Below are positions 37,005 through 47,800 of a stretch of 64,000 nucleotides of DNA, piece by piece. A model generated the notes under the pieces. That model was not told the DNA's origin, made no database searches, and saw nothing but the letters and a program-made list of their open reading frames with translations. This stretch comes from a virus (Duplodnaviria > Caudoviricetes). Position 1 is the first letter of the stretch, and each line of letters starts with the position of its first letter. A program made the translations under genes and the position numbers. Where the stretch lies: the IMG/VR virus record IMGVR_UViG_3300020050_009209, one strand, 5' to 3'.

Positions 37005-39637
37005 TGGGAACGAAAAACTACGGACCAGCAGTTAGTGGCTTCCTCGACTCTGAGGGTAGGAATTGGGAGAATCCGGTTTTCCAGGCAGGTAAGCCTGTTC
37101 TGGATAAGGAGCTGAATCTCAGTGAGGACATTGCTAACTCGTTTAGCTTGGGCCTCACAAAGCAGCTAGCCACCTCAGGGTGGCTGACCGCAGACCACTT
37201 GAATAAGTCCAACCCAACTGCGGCAATGTTTGTGTCCTCAGCGACAGTAAACACGCTTGTCCTTGCGAACAACCTTAAGGCGCTAGTTAACGGGTGGTTC
37301 TTAGATGTGGCCTCCACTGGCAACTTAACCCTAAATCAGATTAGTCTTGGGGCGGGTCCTGTAGGTAATGGGGCCAAGCGTACGGACCTAGTGATCCTTG
37401 AGGTTTGGCGCAAGCTTGTCTCAGCCTCACCCAGTACCGATGGTAAGAGCCCACTAGGTAGAATCTGGAAGAACGGTAACGTCAAGATTCAAGCTGCGGA
37501 TGACGCAGTACTGAACTTTGCGGATGATATCCTGGATGCAGTAGTAGCCTCTGAGACCGCAAAGAGAGTCCAGATTCAATATAGACTGAGGGTTATCTCT
37601 GGGATCGACCTCTTTGCTTACCCAGCGGGCATTGACGACCCTGCCATTGTTGCAAATTCCACACCTGCTGGTGGAGTTGCTGACGGTGTTGCAACGCTCT
37701 TCACTTACACAAATCAAAGCGCGAATGGAGACCCAGGTCTCTGGAGAGCTGGAGATGGAGTTCCGAGCAACACGATAAGCTCTGTTGACGGGTACATCTA
37801 CGCGATTCCTCTATGTGCTGTTTTTAGGCGCAACACCACTGCTTGGGATCGCAACCTAAACCAAAATGGTGGCGCACCTTCTCCTGGCCCCTCGACTCGA
37901 CCTGATGGGTATCTAACGGATGTCCTAGTCCAGAAGGATGTCGTAGACCTACGACAGGTGACCTCAGTACGAGGTTGGGAAAACTATCAGGAAATCGGGG
38001 AGAAGAACTTCAACTTCCTCCTTGACAACGCTCTGAAAACAGAGTGGGGCACCTCTACTCTAGGTGGAGGTTCGGTAGGGCATACCTTTCTGTGGGCAGA
38101 TGAGATCGGAATCCTACCTGGGGACAGCGTAACGACTGGAGATACTCCAGGAGCCCAACTGCTTGGGCAGTTCGACTGTACTCGCAGGTTCATCTCGGAT
38201 CGTTCCATCTACGAGGTCCTCACCTTCAAGGTGGCTCCAGGCGACCCTCAGGTATCTACTGGCACTTGGCAAGCGGGTACAATCGTAACCGTGAATCCAA
38301 CGATACTTGCGCAGTACCCCTTTTCTGGGGCAGCTGTAGGGTTCATCAATCGAGCCCCAGCTGGGACGAGGATTCTAGACCTACTAGGAGCTAGAATTGG
38401 CGGAGTCCTTGGAGGCGAAAAGTACCTTGACGTTGGGATTATTCAAGCAACGGCCCCTGCAACAACCTCTTCGGTTTACCCGGTAACGAATGTGACAGGA
38501 CTTGGAGCGTACCCTCCTGGTAACGTAGCGATCACTCTAGGTACTCCTCCAATTGGTGGTTTGACTACGGAAGCAATCTACATTGACTTTCTTGTTGCCT
38601 ACCCTTCCGGGGCAGGGTTGTCAAAGACCCCAACCGCAGACTTTGGGGCAGCTAGCTTTGAGGTGAACAACCCTATCGCCCTGACCGCTGGGGTGCCTGT
38701 ATCCTACGCTGCAATGCAAACCAGAGCCTATGACTATGCACATAGAGAGGCTCAGATTCAGTACAAAACTTCGACGATCACTACAACCTTCTCAGCGTAC
38801 TCGACCATAAACCCTGGATCGAAGTACCTGATGCCTGAGCGAGTGCTCAATCTTGTCCAAGTTCGAGTCAATGGCGGAGCCCTTCCTGGTGTTGGTGGGA
38901 CGGTAGACGCTAGTGGTCGATTGCTGACGCTTGTTGGAGGTACTACGGCCCCTGGGGATGTTGTGGCTGTAGACTATGAGGCGATTCGACCTATGCCTCA
39001 GTGTGGCGTACAGATGACCCTGTACTACGAGGCACGAGCAGCTCAGACTGTTCGCTCAAGCCTGTTAGGTACCAGCCAGGTTCTCCAACCACGTTGGGTC
39101 TCTCCCTTCTTGTACGTCTTTACTTCAGCCTCAGGTTCGCAAGGGGAAAGCTATCCCTTCCCTTATGGATATGTCCAGACGGGTGGCCTGAACAAGTCTT
39201 CTGGTTCGTTTACCGGAGAGCATGAGCTAGACGGACCTCCCGAAATTTTCATCTCTGACTTTAACGCAAGTACTGGCTTTTTGAGAGTACCTGTAGTACT
39301 ACCCTATTCGCCAACAGACGAGGTGACTCTAACTCGGGCGCTAATTGATGCAGATATCGAGGATAGGACCTACTTCACTGGCTCTTCGTCCAGTTACAAG
39401 CCCAGTGCATTCGCGCAGAGTCTATCGGACGAACGAGTCCACAAGGTAGTGCTACCTATGGTCATGGAGACGACGGTAGACACGACCTTAGGGCGTAAAG
39501 GGACTTTGGTCCTAGTCCTACTAAGCAGGTGGGCTGAATTTGACTCAGAGAACAGCGTCAAGTTTCTTGCGTCAGGTAACTCCACAACTGCAAGTATCTT
39601 CCGCCTCTCTGGAAATCTTCTCAACAGGAGAATCTGA
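37004..39637 (+). CDS. Baseplate/tail-fibre structural protein (DUF4815-like N-terminus), paralog of 50032..54588
   Basis: VFQAGKPVLDKELNL, DLVILEVW, ETAKRVQIQYRLRV, GDPGLWRAGDG, VDGYIYAIPLCAVFRRN, RPDG motifs. Confidence 0.65.
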   Translation: MGTKNYGPAVSGFLDSEGRNWENPVFQAGKPVLDKELNLSEDIANSFSLGLTKQLATSGWLTADHLNKSNPTAAMFVSSATVNTLVLANNLKALVNGWFLDVASTGNLTLNQISLGAGPVGNGAKRTDLVILEVWRKLVSASPSTDGKSPLGRIWKNGNVKIQAADDAVLNFADDILDAVVASETAKRVQIQYRLRVISGIDLFAYPAGIDDPAIVANSTPAGGVADGVATLFTYTNQSANGDPGLWRAGDGVPSNTISSVDGYIYAIPLCAVFRRNTTAWDRNLNQNGGAPSPGPSTRPDGYLTDVLVQKDVVDLRQVTSVRGWENYQEIGEKNFNFLLDNALKTEWGTSTLGGGSVGHTFLWADEIGILPGDSVTTGDTPGAQLLGQFDCTRRFISDRSIYEVLTFKVAPGDPQVSTGTWQAGTIVTVNPTILAQYPFSGAAVGFINRAPAGTRILDLLGARIGGVLGGEKYLDVGIIQATAPATTSSVYPVTNVTGLGAYPPGNVAITLGTPPIGGLTTEAIYIDFLVAYPSGAGLSKTPTADFGAASFEVNNPIALTAGVPVSYAAMQTRAYDYAHREAQIQYKTSTITTTFSAYSTINPGSKYLMPERVLNLVQVRVNGGALPGVGGTVDASGRLLTLVGGTTAPGDVVAVDYEAIRPMPQCGVQMTLYYEARAAQTVRSSLLGTSQVLQPRWVSPFLYVFTSASGSQGESYPFPYGYVQTGGLNKSSGSFTGEHELDGPPEIFISDFNASTGFLRVPVVLPYSPTDEVTLTRALIDADIEDRTYFTGSSSSYKPSAFAQSLSDERVHKVVLPMVMETTVDTTLGRKGTLVLVLLSRWAEFDSENSVKFLASGNSTTASIFRLSGNLLNRRI

Positions 39638-41760
39638 TGCCATCGAATAAAGATCCTTCTGTAGTGCTTCCAGGTGCGGGTAGGCTTGCGGCTGGGCAAG
39701 TCAGCGCAAGCTCAATCTCCTTCCCCTTCGGCGGGGCTGGAGACCTCCTGAACCACCTTGCGGACCCTACAGACGCTCACATGAGTGGGGCCATTGGTAT
39801 CCCTGAGACCAACCCTGTCACGGGGCAGCCTCTGCTATCTAGCGTAAATGGTCCCTATGATGGGGAGTCCGTGATGGATGCCCTCACGGCCATTGCAGAC
39901 CTGTTCCCAACCCGTCCAGATCGAATTGGATTTGATGGGTCAATTGTAAACTCTGGCCTTACGAATTGGTCGAATGCTCTAAGTGCAAATGCGATCAAGG
40001 GTGGATGGACAGACGGAGCAAGTGGTATTGTGACCAAATACCTAACTCCAAACGGAAGTTTGGGGGCCCAGACCATTGGAGGTATGGTATATCCAGCCGA
40101 CCGAGGGGTTCTTGCGCTGTACAAGACGACAGCAGGTGACTTCTTCAATGCTGCTCAGACCACCCTTGAAATGGCTCTGTGGTTGGGGGTCAACCCTCCT
40201 CCTGCTGGCATCCCAGGGGCAGCGTTTGTAGAGGCCACGAGACCAACAGGTCAAACAGCGTATGTAGCTTCCGGGGCGGGTCTAGATAAGATCTCCTTGT
40301 CGGCTAGACTTCCATACTCTGCATCCTACCCAGGACTAGAGTATACGGCTTTTGGTACGAACTTCTCGACCTACCAACTAGGTAAGTACAGCTTCAGTAT
40401 CACTCTGATTGCTGGCGACAATGACAGCTATCTCCTAGTGCATTGGAAGCACACCTATGGGATATCCCTAGCTGCGATCCAACCTGCGAACTTGACCGCA
40501 CTGACCCTAGTCGCCACCAACTGCTTTTCAGCAGTGCCCTCGGATGGGGCTAACTACGACAATGCAAACCGTTCTTTGATTTTCTTGGATACGGCTTCTG
40601 GAAGCGGGCCTACCCCAACGACGATCACCTCAGCACCCGCTGGGACTGTAACGGTCACAAAGTACTCTGGAGTCAACCACTACAACTCCACAGGGCTTCA
40701 GTTCAACATTACAGCGAAGGCTACTGGCGTTTTCACGAACTCCTACTTCACGAATACCGTAGCCAGCGGTAGCGTTCCAGCGGCCTTCACGTCTGCTAGT
40801 ACTCCAGTACAAGTCGACATGTCAGCCTTTGGAGGTACAGTGCAGAACATTGCGCTGTACAACAACACGAAGATCGTGAATGACGCTGGAGGTGCTGTAT
40901 ACACTACGGTAGCTCCTCCTTCAAGCGGACATACGGCTAGATTTGAGGATGCAACTCAGGGGATTGGCGCTCCTGGCAATGGTATTCCATTCCCGTATGC
41001 AAGCCTTTCCATCAACTGGAATGGCACCTTTACAGGGTCCGTCCTCCAGAGTAGTACAGAGGTGTATCTGTACAATACGGTTGGGGGAACTCTAACCACT
41101 CAGACCTTAGAGCCTTTCAACGACGAAGGCTATAGGCACATTTCTACGTTTGCAGCTAACAACCCTGTAACCCCCATTCTCCCAGCGGGTGGAGATGTAT
41201 ACGTATCGGCTACAGCGCTAGCAGCGAATGATGGGAACCTTCAGGTACTCTCAGGTCGAATTGCTTACCCATCGATCGACTTTACTGTAGCTCCTGTAAA
41301 TCCAGTGACTGCTGGGTGTAACTATGCTGCGGTCCTTGCGGGAGATGCTGCAAACCATAAGCGTAGGTATGTCCGAGCGTTCAATACTGGCTTTGCTCGA
41401 AACACGGGTAAGCTGAGAATCACGGGATTGTCCTTCGCTTCTTTTGACACTGGAATTGCAGCTGTAGACCCAGCAGAGTTGACGGATCATCCTGGGGGCG
41501 CCATTGTCCAAATAAAGGTTCCTGGGGCTACCGGATGGCTTGACCTAGGTCGAGCAGACGGTCTACCAGACCTCGCTAAGGTTGCGGACTTCCGTGGTTG
41601 TCGCACAGGAATTGCTGGGGACGTGTACACTTTCGATACAGGTGGGTTCACGTCCGATAACGGCAGTGGTTTGTTTTTGCTCTTTGTTCGGGTGACTCTA
41701 ATCAAGAATGGCACGGGTCAGACTCTTAACGTTCAAGAGATTGAGTGGCTTCCACCGTGA
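39637..41760 (+). CDS. Tail/virion structural protein
   Basis: HLADPTDAHMSGAI fibre-type His motif; Gly/Thr/Ala-rich; TGATG coupling to the upstream gene. Confidence 0.6.
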   Translation: MPSNKDPSVVLPGAGRLAAGQVSASSISFPFGGAGDLLNHLADPTDAHMSGAIGIPETNPVTGQPLLSSVNGPYDGESVMDALTAIADLFPTRPDRIGFDGSIVNSGLTNWSNALSANAIKGGWTDGASGIVTKYLTPNGSLGAQTIGGMVYPADRGVLALYKTTAGDFFNAAQTTLEMALWLGVNPPPAGIPGAAFVEATRPTGQTAYVASGAGLDKISLSARLPYSASYPGLEYTAFGTNFSTYQLGKYSFSITLIAGDNDSYLLVHWKHTYGISLAAIQPANLTALTLVATNCFSAVPSDGANYDNANRSLIFLDTASGSGPTPTTITSAPAGTVTVTKYSGVNHYNSTGLQFNITAKATGVFTNSYFTNTVASGSVPAAFTSASTPVQVDMSAFGGTVQNIALYNNTKIVNDAGGAVYTTVAPPSSGHTARFEDATQGIGAPGNGIPFPYASLSINWNGTFTGSVLQSSTEVYLYNTVGGTLTTQTLEPFNDEGYRHISTFAANNPVTPILPAGGDVYVSATALAANDGNLQVLSGRIAYPSIDFTVAPVNPVTAGCNYAAVLAGDAANHKRRYVRAFNTGFARNTGKLRITGLSFASFDTGIAAVDPAELTDHPGGAIVQIKVPGATGWLDLGRADGLPDLAKVADFRGCRTGIAGDVYTFDTGGFTSDNGSGLFLLFVRVTLIKNGTGQTLNVQEIEWLPP

Positions 41761-41773
41761 CGGATAACGGCAT

Positions 41774-41783
41774 GAACCTTTTA
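41774..41783 (+). promoter_or_regulatory. GAACCTTTTA intergenic motif, second copy
   Basis: Identical to 22897-22906; followed by the direct repeat agctagaga (41791-41799, 41803-41811). Confidence 0.35.
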
Positions 41784-41830
41784 TCGTCTGAGCTAGAGAG
41801 TTAGCTAGAGAAGCTGAGTAGGAAATTTAC

Positions 41831-44800
41831 ATGGCTGGCACTTTCACTGTCACTGGGAACGTATACTCCAACCTCACCAAACTAGAGCAGGAGCAGCTAC
41901 GCAAGGCTGACTTCACCTCTGGGGGTAAGGCTCTCACCGTTGGAGACGGTGAGGGCACGGTAGGAGTAGGCTCGATCAATGCGGAGCCTTACGGTACAGG
42001 ACCCTCTGTAGCCCTTGACAACACCTACTCCCAAACCCCTCCAGGCTCTCCAGGATTAGGGCTTGAGACGTTAACTCAGGTTGGCCTAACGTCTGAGACT
42101 GTTCGCTGGTATGGACCAACTCGTATTGCAGCAGGAACAACTGGTTTTGGGTTTGGGGTTAGCCAGTGGAGAGATCTCTCTGCTAACTTCGGGGCTCTTG
42201 GAGTCGTAGCTAACGACATCCTTCTAGTGAAGGGTGAGACGGCAGGTGCAGATAACAATCAGTTTGCTGCGGCTACTATTACAGTTGTTGCAGGTAACAC
42301 CCTAACTTGCTCTAACATCTACGCACCAGATGCAGCAGTCATAAGTCAATTCGATATAGCTGGGGACAGCTACTCTTACCTCATTATCCGACCCAATGTG
42401 GTACAGTTGTTCGCTGTACCAGGGTCAGGCCCACTTGGACGCGAGCAGTCGTTCATGATGGTGGTCCCTGGGTCCACGTTACATGTGAATCCAGCTCCCA
42501 CTCTAGGGGGCATCAATGCAGATCGTATTCAGAACATTGTTCCTCCCGCATTCAATGGGAACATTGCGGTTGACCGAGCAGACTCGGTCTATGGTCCTCC
42601 CAACACAGGTGGGCCAAGACTCCCCCTAGATACCCTAGGTTACCGTGTTGTTCTGTACAAGAGCAACAACACAGGTACCGGTCCGGACCTAAATCAGCCT
42701 ATCGCAACACTATCCCCTGTTATTGACAGCACGGTTGCTGCTGCGGATCAAAGGATGACCTTTGACTACCGAGCTGGCATCGTTAGGTTCTCTTGTGCAC
42801 CTAGAGCTGGGGATGCGATTAAGCCTACGGGTGGAAATCAAGGCGTCAACCCTACAACGGGTCGCCTTCAGCTCTATGCCATCTTTTGGGCTGTAGACCA
42901 GACGGCTACGATTGGCGCTTCTAGGTCGGTTTACACGGTCCGTAGTACAGAGGCCCTAGCTAAGGTGCCAGGGAAGGTCTACTACAACAACTCTGCTGAG
43001 GGTTGGATGATGGGGTCCTCCGTAAATGGCGGATTCTATGTTCAGTCCTACTCCCCAGCTGAAGTCCCCGCAGCGGACCCAGGCGAGAAGATTGACTTCG
43101 GTACTTACCTGTCTGCTGGGACCGACAGATTCCGAGGTCTCAGGCTAAGGGCCAGTGACCCTCGTATCAGTATGATCCCTCGACAGAGGGTGAATACCAC
43201 AACTGACCCTCTTAGCTCCACTGAGCTACGGGTTGCAGACAAGACCTCCTTCACCCTGGGTGGTGGAACCGCACCTCCTCAGAATCAAGGAGCCGACTAC
43301 TTCTCTGCGAGTACCACAAAGGGCCTACGTCAGAGCGGATTGGCCATTCGAGATGCTGTTCGTGCAGCGGCTCTTGATGGGTATGGTACGGTCCACCTAC
43401 GTCGTGGCAAGTACGTGGTACTTAACACGATCGTTGTACCACCTGGTGTTATCGTAGAGGGCGAAGGGCAGTCGACTCAAATTGACTCGCAGTACACCTC
43501 TGGGGTTGGCGTATGGCCCTCAGTCTTCAAGTTTGGACCTAACACCTCGTGGGGTGTGTACGACTTTGACTACAACGAGCTAAACTCAACGTACACCCCA
43601 ACGACAGAGTTCAACTACGGGGCCACAACCAAACTTGAGGGTATCGACGTTGTTTGGAACCCTACCCGTCGTGTATGGGGTATGGTTCAAGCCGACCTAC
43701 TCACGAATGAGATTTGGTTCAACGAGGTACTTCCCAATGGTACTAAGGTAGTTGCAGGATCTGGGTTTGCTGTAAAGAACAATGCCAACGTCCTGTTCTC
43801 CAACGCGTCCACAAACTCAGACCAACACACTCCTTCCCACTACCCAAGAATCGCCTACCAACAGTGGTCGGACGAGTACTCGGTCGTTTGGGTAGAGGAG
43901 GGTGGCGGGCCAGTCGGACCTAAGACCAAGCTACAAGTAGTCCAGGCAACCAACACTCAAGGGGTCGTTGCATTTACTCGTAAGTTCGGCCCAGCCTTGG
44001 TACCTCCTGCGGGCACTTACCAGGACCACCCAAGTGTGGCTGTAGACAATAGCATCACGGATCCATCGGTAGCTTACCGCATTGCGCTATCGTATACCGA
44101 ACATGCGGCTCCACACAACAATGCGACCCTATGTACTGCCTTGATGGACTCGATTACTGGAGCCTCCTTAGCGTCCAGTACAAACGCCTTCACCAGTTAC
44201 ATTGTAGTGTCCTCTACCGATGTGTCGTCAGACGACCAAGGTAACTTCCTGTTCGCCTTCAGTGTTCGCAAACACAAGCTCATCTTGGGCACGACAGGGA
44301 ATATTGTTGGTGAGACTTTGGTGGATGCGGGCATCCCGGATTTCACTGCGGTTGGCGTAGAGATAGGATCTAGATTCCTTTACGTGAGCGGTACTTCGGT
44401 AGACTACGGTACCTCTGGGGTTGTTGCTGCTATTGCTCCAGCTTCCACCCTAACGATTCAGAACGACACTCTTGCAGCGTGGACGAACCATACTCCTGTA
44501 ACCTACTACCTAGCCCCAACCTCTACCATCTACACAGTAAAGAGCACTGGGCTTTCTTTTGGGACCGTGAATGTTGTATCTGGCACATCGCCAGCAGCCA
44601 ACTTCTACGTTTTTGATGTGAGGGAGCCTGATTACGTCAGACTTTCACGCGGGGTAGGTAGCTGGGCAGTAATCTACCAGTCGTTTGACACGACAACCAT
44701 CCTAGCTGCAAGCTCGATCAAAAACTGGGATAACAACCTAAACACTGGATTTGTTGACCAGGTTTGGGGTACCTGTCGAGACCTTACTCCACGTCGACTG

Positions 44801-47800
44801 CATCTTGCTACTTGCTACGCCCTAGTGAATGACTTCGGGGTAGACATTAGTCCGCGTAGTCCGTTAACAGCTTCAAGTGACGACTTCTACACAAGAGCCG
44901 GTGCTGACACGACTACTTGCCAAAGGTCTCTTGGGGGTCGAGTAGTCCCTCTTCCAAACCACAACGCGATCCTCAACGTCAACCGTCCAGGTGGCTATTG
45001 GGAGATGGAAGTTGCAGCTCGTAACTACTCTCAGCCGTGGACCGTCACGAAGGCTCCTTCTCTTATTCCAGACGTTACCTGGACGGGGCAGGATTGGGTT
45101 GTCGTCAGTCCATCGGTAAGTCGCATCGAGTCTGCAACCGGGACTTACCTTCAAAGCGGTCCTGATTTCTATCTTGCGGACCCATCCTTCATTTTCGGGT
45201 CTGGTGGGTCGAGCGTAGATGGAAGTTACCTACCGGCTACCGTAGCCGTAGGAGACTGGATTTACTTCCCCTCGGTTACGCAGTACGCACAGATTGCTGC
45301 AATATCCTCTGAGCACGTAGTCAGATTTACCGGACCGGTAGCAGGTCTTGTTCTAACGACTACGTACTCGTGGTACCTAGTTCGTCCAAGTAACCTTGGA
45401 GTCTCTGGTGGGATTAAGAACCCAGGGTTTAGAATCAGCGCAAGAGGCGAAGTTACGGTATCCACCAACTTCTTCACCTTCGCAGATGAGTTGCCAGATG
45501 CTACAACTCACGTCCCAACTCTAAGGCACCAAGAGACGATTTGGCGGCCCAAGCTGTGGGGAGATTACACGGTTAACAATCTGTTTGGGGCAGGGTATCA
45601 GGCTCCAACTTCGGACGTCAGTCTCAACTGGAACGACGTCTGGACAACCTCTAGACTTGAACTCAACCTGTTCTACCGTGGAGTAGCGGTAGGGGCTCCA
45701 AAGGGTTGCAGTGAGCTGATCACCACTGAGTTCCCCATGGTGGCTCTTGCCTGGGGAGAGAACTTCTACGGATTCCTTGATCGGAATGTCTCTGGAAGTA
45801 CTGGAGCCCCAGGCAACTTCAAGAATCAAACTGTGTTCTATCGTCAGAGCTTTGGGCCATGGGAAGGCGGTCTGAAAGACCTAGCTATCCAGGGATCCAA
45901 GTCTAGTGCTTTGAAGCTAGAAAGCTCTCACCATATCTTTACTCGACATGGTTTACTGCCCAACTCGGGTAGCCCATTCTTCGCTACCGATGGGTACCGA
46001 AACTGCTTTGCTCACTTGGCTCCACAGCAGCTTAACTCTAGTTTTGAGCCCCGAGAAGCATCCACGTACCGTTCGGGGATGCAGTCGATTTACACAGACG
46101 TGACAGGTCGAGACCCAGTTCGGATTCGAGAGGGGCTCTACATGGGGCTTACTTCGGCCGAGTTTGACGACACGACCTTCTCTCCTGTCGTAGGGTCGGT
46201 TGTAACGGCAAAACAACTCAACGGCTCTAGTCCTCGTGTACTGTGGGATGGGAAAAACTTCGTATCGTTCGTTGGTACGACGGTACTTCAAGCTGCGACT
46301 ACAATTGTTGGAGTCACTACCGTATTCGCAACTTCAGGGAGTAACCCTAAGTTGAGAGGTTTGATTTCCATGTTCCGGTTCACGGGCGGGGACCACAGCA
46401 ACTCAAACCCAGACAACATTCTTGGGGGTGGAGTTTCTGAGGTAGGGGCTTCTACAGCTCGGTCTGGAAGCTCTACAGTCGTAGCTTCTACTGTCATATC
46501 TACAGGGGCAAGTGCAGATGCTGAGGTAAGAGACGCACTTACGTTCGATGTGGCCTTCTCTGGTAAGGTCTTTTGCGTTGCCTGGTCGATGGGGTACAAC
46601 GCCTCTCCTGGAGATGGGGCAGACGTAACTGGGGGGTGTATTGTCGGTTACAGTCTATTCGAAAATGGGTTGAACACTCCACCTAACTCGATTGGAGGCT
46701 ATGGGTATGGAGTTGAGGCAACCCCATTGGATGTGGCGTTCGTAACGAACTCCTTCAAGGAGAAGATGACCCTAATTCACCCCAAGGTGACTTGGGATGG
46801 AAACAAGTTTGTTATCTGCTTCGTCCACTACGATGACACTACCCACCGTAACATCAAGTATGTTACGATCCCTGAGTATGGGGTAGGTTCGAATGTGACC
46901 TTCAAAGCCTTGGGGGCAGATAATGTAGGTAGGGGGGATTCTGGCATAGAGATGCGGCTAGGGAATATTGCTAACGGCAATATTACTATGACCCAAGACG
47001 GGACTAAGTACGTTGGAATGCGACCCCAACCTGGGGACTTGGTTTGCATTAACAGAAGTGGTGACATTGCAACGACGATAGCAAATGCAGTTGACCTTGC
47101 TGGTTGGTATACGGTTGTAGACTACGACCCAGTCTCAAACGAAATGAACATAGGTCGTGATCTTACTGCTTACAACGGCCTAAACGTGTATGGTGTGTTG
47201 ATGTCTGGTGGGGTTATGGGAGGCAAGAACGCCACCCTCCTTGGCAACCAGTTTACGGCTGGTGTAGACACTGCAACTTTGGGCAGATCTGCCTACGGTA
47301 ACTACCTACAGAAAGCTGGAGATGGGGTTCTTGTCCAAGAGGACCCTAGGAGTGTGCTAAGGATTTGGGGGCTAGAGTTCGACCCCTCTACCAACTCCTT
47401 CTTCATTCTCTATGAAGAGTCTACGAACGACCTGTGGGTGACGTCCTTTAGTCTACAGTCAGGAGTGTCTATCCGTGAGCCAGTGAGGATTGCCTCTACA
47501 GCCACCACAACCTACGCAGCTATAGGTCTGAATGGGGACTCTCTTCTTGTAGTTTACGCCAAGACAGACATTGTGTACTACGCTGAAGTGAGTAAGGGAC
47601 TGATTGCTACGCCAAATGCTTCCCGAGTCAACTTCAGTTACACGGATGTGCTTGGGAACACAGCTGGTAAAATGCCAGGACCTACTTACGGTACGGGAGC
47701 TTATGGGGCTGTCCGAGGTATTCAGGTCAAGTGGAATGATGTACTAGGGCGTTGGCAAGTTGCTGTATCCTTCGGGACAACAGCTTCGACGATTCGACAC

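Noticed and set aside
41772-41804. 10-codon upstream mini-ORF before the 2283-aa gene
   Set aside because: No SD and too short to distinguish from chance.
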